Assembly: GCA_028826165.1 (NCBI GenBank)
Contig: JAPDFW010000051.1
Span: 1-44,512 of the forward strand
Direction of reading: 5' to 3'
Length of the DNA: 44,512 bases
Origin: Anaeramoeba ignava BMAN
Lineage: Eukaryota > Protista > Anaeramoebae
Position 1 is the first letter of the stretch. Each line of letters opens with the position of its first letter. Both the position numbers and the translations under genes were made by a program. Positions 1 to 11,385 of this stretch are shown here, one piece after another. Below the pieces are notes generated by a model. The model made no database searches, had not been told where the DNA came from, and saw nothing but the letters and a program-made list of their open reading frames with translations.

Positions 1-1760
1 CTTGATTTTGGATATGGATTTTGACATATTATGATTTATATTTTGATTTATATGATATTTTGATTATTTTGATTTTGATTTATTTTGGATATATATATAT
101 ATTTTGGTTATGGATTATTTTGCTATTTTGATATTTTCATTTTCATTTTGATTTTCATTTTGATTATTTTGGTTATTTTGATTATTTTGATTTATATTTT
201 GATTATTTTGATTATTTTGGTTATTTTGATTATTTTCATTTTGATTATTTTGATTATTTTCATTTTGATTATTTTGATTATTTTGATTATTTTGATTATT
301 TTGATTATTTTTGGTTATTTTGGTTATGGCTAGTTTTGCTATTTTGATTATTTTGATTTATATTTTGATTATTTTGATTATTTTGATTATTTTCATTTTG
401 ACATTTTGATTATTTTGATTATTTTGGTTATTTTGCCTTTCATTTCTTTCATTTTCATTTTCATTTATATTTTGATTATTACTTATATTTTGGATTATAT
501 TTTGGTTATTTTGATTAATTTTTATTTCATATTTTGGATTTATTTTGATTTCATATTTTGATTTATTTTTATTTTATTTTTGGATTATTTTGATTTTTCA
601 TTATTTTCATTTTGGGATTATTTTTGACGGTTTTGGGACATATTTTTGATTTTATATTTTTGATTTGCTAGCTTTGATTTATATTTTCGATTTTGGTTTT
701 GATCTGATTTATATTTTTGGTTGGTTTTGGGTTATTTTCTGGCTATTTTGGCTATTTATCATTTATTTGATTTTGATTTGGCATTTTATTCTTTTGATTT
801 TGATTTTGATTATTTTGGTTATTTTGGTTATTTTGGTTATTTTGGTTTGGCATATTTTTATTTACGATTTATATTTTGATTTATATTTTTACTTTTATAA
901 TGGGGATTTATATTTTGATTTATATTTTGATTTTTGATTTTGATTTTGATTTTGATTTTCAAATTTCGGAATTTCGATTTTTTTGATTTTTTATTTTGAT
1001 TATTCAGCTGGCGATTTTGGATTATTTTGGATGATTTGGTTATTTTTCGGCTTTTCATTTCGATTTTGATTTTTGATTTTGGATTTTGGATTTTTGATTT
1101 TTTCATATTTGATTTTGGATTTTGATTTTGGATTTTGGGGATTAGATTTTGATTTTTGATTATTTTAAGGGATTTTGATGGCTTTTTGGAATTATATTTT
1201 TATGATTTTTTTTGGATTATTTTGATTTTGAATTTTGAATTTGAATTTGAATTTGATTTTGATTTTTGATTTTGATTTATATTTTTATTTTTATTTTGGC
1301 TTTTTACTTTTTGAATTTCGGGATTTTGGATTTTGATTTTAATGATTTGATTTTGATTTTTGGATTTTCGTTTTTTGATTTTCATTTTGATTTTCATTTT
1401 CATTTTGATATGTACTTTTGATTTTGGATTTATATTTATTTTCATTTTGATATTTTTTATTATTTTGATTTTTATTTTTGAATTTGATTTATATTTTGAT
1501 TTTGATTTTGATTTATATTTTGATTTATATTTTGATTTTGATTTATATTTTGATTTTTGATTTTGATTTTGATTTTGATTTTTGATTTATATTTTGGTTT
1601 TGATCATATTTTGATTTATATTTTGATTTATATTTTTATTTTTATTTTGATTTATATTTTTGATTTTGATTTATATTTTGATTTTTGATTTATATTTTGA
1701 TTTTGATTTATATTTTTGATTTATATTTTGATTTATATTTTGATTTGAATTGGAATTTGA
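1..1760. repeat. Degenerate low-complexity tract of TTTTGA / TTTTGATTA / TTTTGATTTATA units
   Basis: Visible 6-, 9- and 12-bp periodicity, noisier than other repeats in the window. Confidence 0.85.
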
Positions 1761-1868
1761 CATAAATTCAAAAATATCAGATAAACGTAAATATCTTTCT
1801 TTCTTTTGTATTTTTAAATTTTTTTTGTTTTTAATTTTAGATTTTTTTAAAGCTGGAAAATCAGCCAT
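1..1868 (-). CDS. Hypothetical protein, 5' part: short K-rich N-terminus followed by a very long Asn/Gln-rich low-complexity region. Frame is broken by indels and the gene probably continues past the left edge
   Basis: ATG at 1868 (MADFPALKKSKIK...RYLRLSDIFEFMSNSNSNQNINQN), with TCATTTT motifs upstream on the minus strand (~1945-1976). Sequence 1-1760 reads as CAAAAT/ATAAAT/AATAAT units on the minus strand, the same unit family as the QN repeats in other genes here. Confidence 0.4.
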
Positions 1869-2217
1869 TTTTTTTTCTTTTTAATAAAATAAACTAACAA
1901 TAAAATAATGTGAAAAAAAACACTAAAAAACAAAAAAGGAAAAGAAAAAAAATGAATTTTAAAAAAATGAAAAAAATTTTCCAAATTAAATTTTGATTTT
2001 AATTTTAATTTTAATTTTAATTTTAATTTTAATTTTAAATTGAATTTTAATTTTATTTTTAATTTTAATTTTAATTTTATTTTAATTTTGATTTTAAATT
2101 TTGATTTTGATTTTAAATTTTAATTTTAATTTTAATTTTAATTTAAATTTTTAATTTTAATTTTTATTTTAAATCTAAAAATCAAAATCGGAAAAAAATA
2201 GAATTTTATCAACTTTT

Positions 2218-3225
2218 TTATTTCAATTCGTTTTCAAGATATTGATAATCAAATTGAAAAGAATCCAAAGATTTTTCTTTCCAATCATCTTTAAAATCAA
2301 AATGAACATAAGCACCTCTTTCATAAGTTTCAGTAGTTTGTTCTGGAAATTCCTTACGATGGAACCAAGTAGAGAGCTGAGTATGGAAGCTCCAACCGTT
2401 TTGCTTAAGACGTTTAGCCGCTAAATATTGTTGATAAGTTCCTGGTTCAAAATAAAAAATATAAAACAGTGTCTCAAGATCAAGCTTATTTATTATGTTT
2501 GCTGGATTGCAGTCCCGTAATGCCTTTTTCATCCTTTTCGAGGAAAATGTTCTCCCTGAGATTACGTGCTTGCTTCTGGATCTCAGGTGTGCTCTTCATG
2601 CTACGATCTAACATTTTTAATATGTTTTCTTCTTCTTCATTAAATTTTTTTGTTTCGATTTCTTTTTCTGTTGGTTTTGTTGTTTCGTTAATTGTTGTTT
2701 TTCGTTTTTTCTTCTCTTGGTTTTGTTTGTGTTGTTTCATTTGGTGTTTCTGTTTTTGTTGGTGCTAAATTTTATATGAATTTTAATTTTAATTTTTAAT
2801 TTTATAAATGAATTTTAATTTTGATTTTGATTTTATAAATGAATTTTAATTTTAATTTTATAAATGAATTTTAATTTGAATTTTAAATTTTAATTTTGAT
2901 TTTAATTTCATTTTTAATTTTATAAATGAATTTTAATTTTAATTTTAATTTTTAATTTTAATTTTGATTTGAATTTTAATTTTAATTTTAATTTTAATTT
3001 TAATTTTAATTTGAATTTTAATTTTAATTGAATTTACTTTGAGGTGTTTGTGGTGATTTTTTATTTCCATGCTTTCGTTGATTTGTTTTTGGTCGATTTG
3101 TTGGTGACTTAGATTTATTATTTGGTGAATTTGGCTGTTTTTAGTGAAGTTGGTGTTCTTTTTATAAATTGATCCTTCTTTTTCATTTTTGTTGATGTAT
3201 TATCTTTTTTTTGATTGTGAGACAT
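2218..3225 (-). CDS. CCR4-NOT subunit with C-terminal NOT-box (NOT3/NOT5-like), short form. One intron (2765..3037) and apparent frameshifts
   Basis: LDLETLFYIFYFEPGTYQQYLAAKRLKQNGWSFHT...WFHR...YERGAYVHFDF...FQFDYQYLENEL matches the CNOT3/Not5 NOT-box. The intron reads GTAAATT...TTTAG. Likely ATG at 3225. There is a frame change near 2530 and probably another in exon 1. Confidence 0.8.
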
Positions 3226-3456
3226 TTTTTATTAATAATAATAATAATAATAAAATTTAATTTGAATTTTATTTTAAAAAGAAAGAAAAAAATGAAAAAA
3301 ATGAAAATAAAAAAATTTGGTTTTGAAAAGATTTTATCAATTATGTTTTTATCTTTTTGTTGTTTTGGAAATGAAAAAAAAAAAGAAGATGAAAGAAAGA
3401 AAGAAAAAAAAAATCAATAAAAGATTTCCCAATTTATTTTTAATTGATTGATTAAC

Positions 3457-4815
<1,359 letters not shown>

Positions 4816-5317
4816 TTAAAAACAAACTTCTATTCTAATTTCTATTATTATTTAAAAATATAATTTAATTAGTATTTATGATTTTAAACAAAACAATTTT
4901 TTTTTAAATTAATTTACTTTTTTCGTTTTGTTTAACGAAAAATGAGTTTTATTTTTTTAATTAATTGATCTTTTTAAAGTCCCAAAAAAAAAAAAAAAAA
5001 TTTAATTAAAAAAAAAAATTTTTTTTCTAATTTAATTTTTAATTTAATTTTATTATAAAAAAAAAGAATTGATCCAAAAAAATTTATCAATTTTTAAAAG
5101 GAAGTTAATTAATTTAAAAAGAGTCGTGATAAGTAAATATCTTTTTTATTTAAATTTAAATTTAAATTTAATTTTTTTTTTTCTTTTTTTTTCCCTAAAA
5201 TAAAAAAAATTAATTAAAGAAAAAAAAAAAATTTTTTTTTTATTTAATTTCTTTCAAAAAATATAATTATTTAAGACAAAAAGAAATCAATAAATCTTCA
5301 TAGAATTTTATTAGAAA

Positions 5318-5332
5318 GTCATATGACGTCAT
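5318..5332. promoter_or_regulatory. CRE/ATF-type palindrome ATGACGTCAT (5323-5332) overlapping a second palindrome GTCATATGAC (5318-5327)
   Basis: Perfect CpG-containing palindrome in the extremely AT-rich divergent intergenic region between EF-1alpha and the BTB gene. The same 10-mer recurs upstream of eIF6. Confidence 0.55.
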
Positions 5333-5643
5333 TTAACTAAATTTTCTAATTAATTTATTTTTTTAAATTTAAAATAAAAAAATTTAAATAAAAGTTTTTT
5401 TTTATTTATGATCTCTTTTTAATTAAAAAAATAAAATAAAAAAAAAAAGCAAAAATGAAAAATTTCTTTATTTTTAATTTTAAATAATATTTTTATTATT
5501 AATTTATTATTTATTTATTTTTAAATAAGAAGAAAAATTGAAATTATTAATTTTTTAATTTAAATGACTAAATTTTATTTTTTTTAATTAATTTAAAATC
5601 CACTTTTTTTTTTTATTTTTTTCATTTTTTTTCTTTTATTATT

Positions 5644-7560
5644 ATGGAAAATAATAATAATAACAATAATAATAACAATCAATTCACACAAAATTTAATT
5701 CAACAATTTACAAATTTATTAAAATCTTCTCATAATTTTCCTGATTTTATTATTAAAACTGATTCTTATCAATTTCCTTCTCATAAATCAATTTTAAGTT
5801 TTCGTTCTCCTTATTTTACTAATTTTTTTAAAGAAAATGATTCAAATGAAATCTCTTTTTTTGAATTTAATAATCAAACAATCTCAAATATTCTTCTTTA
5901 TATTTATTCAAGTCAAATCCAATTCAATGATCAAGATTTACTTCAATTTTTCAAAGCTTCAATTTTATTTCAACTTGATTTATTATCTAATTTTCTTGAA
6001 AACCAAATTATTCAAAAAATCAATGAAGAAAATGTTTTCCAAATTCTTTCAGATAATAAATCAATAAATTCATCAAAATTAAATGATTCTTGTTTGGAAT
6101 TTATTGAACAAAACTTCGAAAATTTAATCAAAAAATCTGAATTTCTTCATTTATCTCAACAACAAATTATTCAAATTATTTCAAATAAATCCAAAAATCA
6201 AGAAAATATTGGAATTGAATTTTTTGATGTTCTTCATAAATATTTAAATCAAAAAATTCAAAATGTTGATGAAAAAATCAAAAATCAAAAATTAAAACAA
6301 TTATTTAATCAATTTCTTTCTAAAATTAATATTGATATTTTTAAAAAAGAAGATTTCAAAAAAATTCAAGAATTAGAATATCTTCCTACTCATTTCCTTC
6401 TTCAAATTTCAAAGAAAGAAAGTGATAAAGTTGATGAAATGAAAAAATTACAAGAAAAACTTGAAAATGAAAAGAAAATTGAAATTGAAAAAATGGAAAA
6501 TGAAAAAAAAATATTTCAAGAAAAACTTGAAAATGAAAAGAAAATTGAAATTGAAAAAATTGAAAATGAAAAGAAAATTGAAATTGAAAATGAAAAAAAA
6601 AAATTTGAGAATATTTTGATCCAAAAAATGACATCTAATCAAAACAATGATCAAAGCTTCTCTGTTTTCTCCAATTTATTCCAAGAATTTTATTTATCCA
6701 ATGAAGATACAATTGAAATCACAAACACACAAGAAATGAATGGAGAAATTAATTGTAATAATTTAATAATAAGAAATGGAGGAGTTCTTACAGTTAAAGC
6801 ATGGGATGGAAATTCAGGAGGAGTATTGAAAATCAAAGCAAAATCAATGATAATTATTGAAAAAGGAGGTAAAATTGATTTATCAGGAAAAGGATATCGA
6901 GGTGGTGATGCAGTTCCACAATGCACAAATGGAAAAGCAAAACAAGGAGAATCATTCAATGGAAGAGGAGGAGATCTTCAAGATGCAAATAAAGGAGGTG
7001 GTGGAGCTGGTTTGGGTTGTAGTAGTTTTGGAGGTATTGGAGGAGGTGGAGGAGGATATGGAACTAAAGGTGAAGATTCTGAACCAAATAGATATTCTGG
7101 AGGAAATCATCCAGGAGGAAAAGGAGGAGAAATTTATGGAGATGAAAAAATAACACAACTTTATTTAGGATCAGGTGGTGGTTCTGGTCATCCATATCAT
7201 AATGGACAAACAAAGGGAAAAGGAGGAAATGGAGGAGGAGCTTTATTATTAGAAGCAAATACTATTATTAATAATGGTGAAATTTATTGTAATGGAGAAA
7301 AAGGTGAAGATGGAATTAATGGAACATTTGGTTCAGGAGGAGGAGGAGGAAGTGGAGGAAGTATTTTATTTATTTCAAAATTAATTTTCAATAACGGAAC
7401 AATTGAAGCTAAAGGTGGTGAAAAAGGAATTTGTTATCCTCTTTCATCTTATCCAGGAATTAATTCTTCAGGTGGAAAAGGAGGAAATGGAAGAATTGCT
7501 GTTTGTGGAGTTGCTAAAGGATTAACTCCAAATCCAAATTGGTTTATTTATCAAAATTAA
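5644..7560 (+). CDS. BTB/POZ-BACK domain protein with E/K coiled-coil repeats and a C-terminal glycine-rich domain (638 aa, intronless)
   Basis: BTB signature PDFIIKTDSYQFPSHKSILSFRSPYFTNFF...LLYIYS, BACK-like INEENVFQIL...CLEFIEQNFENL...EFLHLS, repeated EKLENEKKIEIEK, and a C-terminal region with GGGGGYG, LGSGGGSG, GGNGGGALLL, SGGGGGSGGSIL, GGKGGNGRIA. Confidence 0.9.
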   Translation: MENNNNNNNNNNQFTQNLIQQFTNLLKSSHNFPDFIIKTDSYQFPSHKSILSFRSPYFTNFFKENDSNEISFFEFNNQTISNILLYIYSSQIQFNDQDLLQFFKASILFQLDLLSNFLENQIIQKINEENVFQILSDNKSINSSKLNDSCLEFIEQNFENLIKKSEFLHLSQQQIIQIISNKSKNQENIGIEFFDVLHKYLNQKIQNVDEKIKNQKLKQLFNQFLSKINIDIFKKEDFKKIQELEYLPTHFLLQISKKESDKVDEMKKLQEKLENEKKIEIEKMENEKKIFQEKLENEKKIEIEKIENEKKIEIENEKKKFENILIQKMTSNQNNDQSFSVFSNLFQEFYLSNEDTIEITNTQEMNGEINCNNLIIRNGGVLTVKAWDGNSGGVLKIKAKSMIIIEKGGKIDLSGKGYRGGDAVPQCTNGKAKQGESFNGRGGDLQDANKGGGGAGLGCSSFGGIGGGGGGYGTKGEDSEPNRYSGGNHPGGKGGEIYGDEKITQLYLGSGGGSGHPYHNGQTKGKGGNGGGALLLEANTIINNGEIYCNGEKGEDGINGTFGSGGGGGSGGSILFISKLIFNNGTIEAKGGEKGICYPLSSYPGINSSGGKGGNGRIAVCGVAKGLTPNPNWFIYQN

Positions 7561-7659
7561 AATCAAAATGCAAATGAAAATTTAAATGAAAAATCAAAGT
7601 CAAATTCAAAAATAAAAAACCAAATTCAAAAACCAACAAAAAAATGAAAAACAAAAAAA

Positions 7660-8000
7660 TGGAATTTAAAATTAAAATTAAAATTAAAATGGAATTTAAA
7701 TTAAAAATCAAAATTAAAATTAAAATCAAAATCAAAATTAAAATTAAAAATTAAATTAAAATTAAAATTAAAATTAAAATTAAAATCAAAATTAAAATCA
7801 AAATTAAAATTAAAAATTAAATTAAATTTAAAATTAAAATTTAAAATTAAAATTAAAATTAAAATTAAAATTAAAATTTGAAATTAAAATTAAAATTAAA
7901 ATTAAAATTAAAATTTAAATTAAAATTAAAATTAAAATTAAAATCAAAATTAAAATCAAAATTAAAATTAAAATTAAAATTAAAATTAGAATCAAAATAA
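7660..8000. repeat. (AAAATT/AAAATC)n hexamer microsatellite
   Basis: Direct reading. Equivalent tracts occur at ~1990-2175, 9270-9475, 11310-11385, 15240-15450 and 28020-28265. Confidence 0.9.
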
Positions 8001-8075
8001 ACTCAATTTTAAAAGAAAAAGAAAATCGGATAAAAATTTTTTAATTAGAAAATTAAAACAAAAAAACATTAAAAA

Positions 8076-8122
8076 ACGTCATTCATTTTCTAATTAAAAA
8101 ATAAAAGGATTTATGACGTCAT
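8076..8122. promoter_or_regulatory. CRE/ATF-type palindrome ATGACGTCAT (8113-8122) plus partial site ACGTCAT (8076-8082) upstream of eIF6
   Basis: Identical to the 10-mer at 5323 and lies about 200 bp upstream of the eIF6 ATG. Confidence 0.55.
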
Positions 8123-8325
8123 TCAATAAGGAAAAAAAAAGGAAAATAAAAAGAAAAAAATAAAAAAAAGAATTTCCATTTTTCTTTTTTTTTTTCAACT
8201 TCTTTTTTTTTTGAGCTTTCTGTAATTAATTTAAATTTTAATTTTAAATTGATTTTAATTTTAATTTTAATTTTAATTTTAATTTTAATCTTAATTTAAT
8301 TTGAAAAAAAAGAAAATAATCTAAA

Positions 8326-9066
8326 ATGGCTTTTCGAGCTCAATTTCAAAACAGTTCAGATATTGGAGTATTTACAAGACTAACAAACAAATATTGCCTT
8401 ATTGGATTAGGAGGAAGTGAGAACTTTTATTCAATTTTTGAAGGGGAACTTAGCGATCACATACCAGTAATTCATTCAACAATAGCCGGAACAAAAATCA
8501 TAGGAAGGATGACAACAGGGAACAAAAACGGATTACTTCTTCCGAGCCCAACAACCGATCAGGAACTACAACTGATAAGAAACTCACTTCCGGATGAAAT
8601 CGTGGTAAAAAGAATAGATGAGAGAATGACGGCTTTGGGGAACTGCATAGCTTGCAATGACTATGTAGCATTGGTACACCCTGAAATCGAGAAGGAAACA
8701 GAAGAACTCATTGCAGATACACTTCAAGTGGAGGTATTTCGGCAAACAATCTCAGGAGAAGCTCTTGTGGGAACTTACTGTTCTTTTACAAATCAGGGGG
8801 GACTTGTCCATACAAAGACTAATGTCGAAGAACAAGATGAACTCTCCTCTTTATTACAAATACCCTTGGTTTCTGGAACTGTTAATAAAGGTAGTGATCT
8901 TATCTCAGCTGGTCTTTGTGTTAATGACTGGATTGCCTTCTGTGGTATTGATACTACTAGTACTGAAATTACTACTATCGAAAATATCTTCAAACTTGAT
9001 GAGCAAAAATTTCCGTTGAAAATTTTTCATAATTTAAGAGATCCAATTGTTGACCAAATGGTTTGA
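8326..9066 (+). CDS. EIF6: Eukaryotic translation initiation factor 6 (246 aa, intronless)
   Basis: [25 protein letters not shown]...[24 protein letters not shown]...[17 protein letters not shown]...[19 protein letters not shown]. Confidence 0.98.
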   Translation: MAFRAQFQNSSDIGVFTRLTNKYCLIGLGGSENFYSIFEGELSDHIPVIHSTIAGTKIIGRMTTGNKNGLLLPSPTTDQELQLIRNSLPDEIVVKRIDERMTALGNCIACNDYVALVHPEIEKETEELIADTLQVEVFRQTISGEALVGTYCSFTNQGGLVHTKTNVEEQDELSSLLQIPLVSGTVNKGSDLISAGLCVNDWIAFCGIDTTSTEITTIENIFKLDEQKFPLKIFHNLRDPIVDQMV

Positions 9067-9470
9067 TTTTTAATTCTTTTATATATATCTTCTATGATTA
9101 TATATAATTGCTCTCTTTTTTTTTCAAGTTGATTTTTTTCGCTTGATTGTGTTTTGTTGATAATTGGATTTCTTTTTCTTTTTCTTTTTCTTTTTTGAAT
9201 TTAAAAAAAAAGTGGAATTTTATTTTTGAATAAATTTAGATCAAATTCCAAAAAAAAAAACATTTTGACTTTGATTTTAATTTTAATTTAAATTTTAATT
9301 TTAATTTTAATTTTAATTTTGATTTTAAATTTTAATTTTAATTTTAATTTTAATTTTAATTTTAATTTTAATTTTAATTTTAATTTTAATTTTAATTTTG
9401 ATTTTGATTTTTAATTTTAATTTTAATTTTAATTTTAATTTTAATTTTAATTTTAATTTTAATTTTAATT

Positions 9471-11257
9471 TTAATTTTGATTCCAATTTTGATTATTAAA
9501 TTTATTAATTAATAAATCAAATAAATTTGGGTTTGTTTGATTTAATTGAAAATAATCAATTCCAATTTGAATTTCATTAATAATTTCTTGTGTAATTTGA
9601 ATTTCATCTTTGATTTGATTTGAATAAATCCAATATTCAAATATTTGAAATGATTTATTACTTAATTCACTATAATCTGTAACTTTATTAGATTTATCTT
9701 CAGTTACAGATAAAAACAATCCTCGATATAATTCACTTCTCATTATTAATATTAATTTTGGAAATTTATATTGTTTTTCTTTTCTTTCAATAATAAAATC
9801 TTTTTCATTTTCATTTTCATTTCCATTTAAATAAATTCTTTTCATTGTTTCTTCAATTTTTTCATTTGAATTTATAATTTCTTTAATTTCTGAATATAAT
9901 TTTGGATTTATTATTCTATTTGAATAAATCATTTCAAATATTTGATTTGATTCTTTAATTGATTTTTTTGAAATAATTTCTTTAAGTTTTTCAATTTCAT
10001 TTTGATTTTGATTTAATCTATATTTCAATATTAATTTATGAGCTTCAATCATTTCTCCATTTTCGGTTTTAAATGAAATATTACAAAATTCTTTTCTTCC
10101 AAATAATTTTATCAAATCTTCTTCAAGATTGGAAAACGAAGAAAGAAAAGGAGAATAATAAAGGAATGATCTTTCATTTCTACAAAGAATACGATAATTA
10201 GAAATATTTTCATTAAATCTTAATTTAGGAAGTTCAATTTGAATTGGAATTAATTGGTTTCTTGCATTTTCAGTTCCTAATTGACAATATTCATTATCTC
10301 CAAATCCAATAAGTTTTCCTTTAGAAGTTAAAATCAAATTATGTTGATTTCCACAAGAAAAATCAAGAATATTATCATTTTCAAATAAAGATGATTTGAT
10401 TTCAGTAAATTCATAAGTATCTTCATATTGGCCAAGTCCATTTAATTGATAATTTCCACATGAATAAAGTTTTCTTTTTGGATGTTCATCTTCATTTTCA
10501 ATCAACATTATTGAATGCTTATATCCACATTGAATATCAATTATTTTACCTTTTGGAATATTTTGGATTTTGGTTAATTTATGGATTTTTGTTTCTTTTT
10601 TTCTTGATTCTCCTAATCCAAGTTTAGAATGATAATTGAATCCACATGTGAATAATTCTTGATTTGAATTTAAAAGAAAAACATGAAATGAAGTATTTCC
10701 TGAAAATATTTTAGAAACATTTTTCATCATTAAAATTGGTTTTCTTGAATTATGAAGTTTTTCAAAAGCTAAACCAAGTTGACCATAAAAATTATCACCA
10801 ATTCCATAAACATTTTGATTTGAAGTTAATAAGTAAAATGTAGTATTTGCAGAAACAATATCTTGAATTATTCTATCATTTGTATCTTCAATTAATGATG
10901 AAATATTGGTAAGTTTTTCTGAAGATAGAGGATTAATATCTTCTCCTTTGGCAAATACATTTCCTTCTATTGTTAAAATAGCTTCGTTTTCTTCACCACC
11001 AGTTACTTTTTGAATATTTTCTTCAATTTGAATTTTTGAAGGATTTTCAATTGAATAGTATTTCTCTGAATATTCTATTGCTTTTCCATTTTCAAAAAGG
11101 AAAATTGTTGCAAAATAACTTGAAAAATTTGTTTAATTTGTTTTTCATTTTCATTTTCATTTTCAAATTTAAATTGAATTGGTTTTGTTATTATATCTGG
11201 TTTATTTTCGATAATTTTTGGATAGTCATTTCTTCCAAAAAATAAACAATCATTCAT
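9471..11257 (-). CDS. RCC1-repeat + tandem BTB protein, array copy 1, with a single frameshift in a T-run at ~11125
   Basis: Collinear with copies 2-4. Restoring one T (copy 3 has six A on the + strand at the equivalent site, this copy five) gives an open frame from MNDCLFFGRN through the 9471..10730 ORF. Confidence 0.88.
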
Positions 11258-11385
11258 TTTTGAAAAGAAAAAAAATGAAAAAATGAAAAAAATTTTTTTA
11301 ATTTCGAATTTAATTTTGATTTTGATTTTAATTTTAATTTTGATTTTAATTAAATTTAATTTTAATTTTAATTTTGATTTTAATT

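Noticed and set aside
85-1560. Plus-strand I/L/F-rich ORFs resembling membrane proteins
   Set aside because: They are translations of the TTTTGA/TTTTGATTA repeat, with no real start context or family motif.
7558-7650. Possible TAA/TAG-to-Gln code reassignment suggested by coding-like sequence after the BTB stop
   Set aside because: Conserved genes end at TAA (NAPRT, DPYS, SMU1), TAG (RNase H1, HPS1) and TGA (EF-1alpha, eIF6) at the expected positions, with no in-frame TAR codons at conserved sites.
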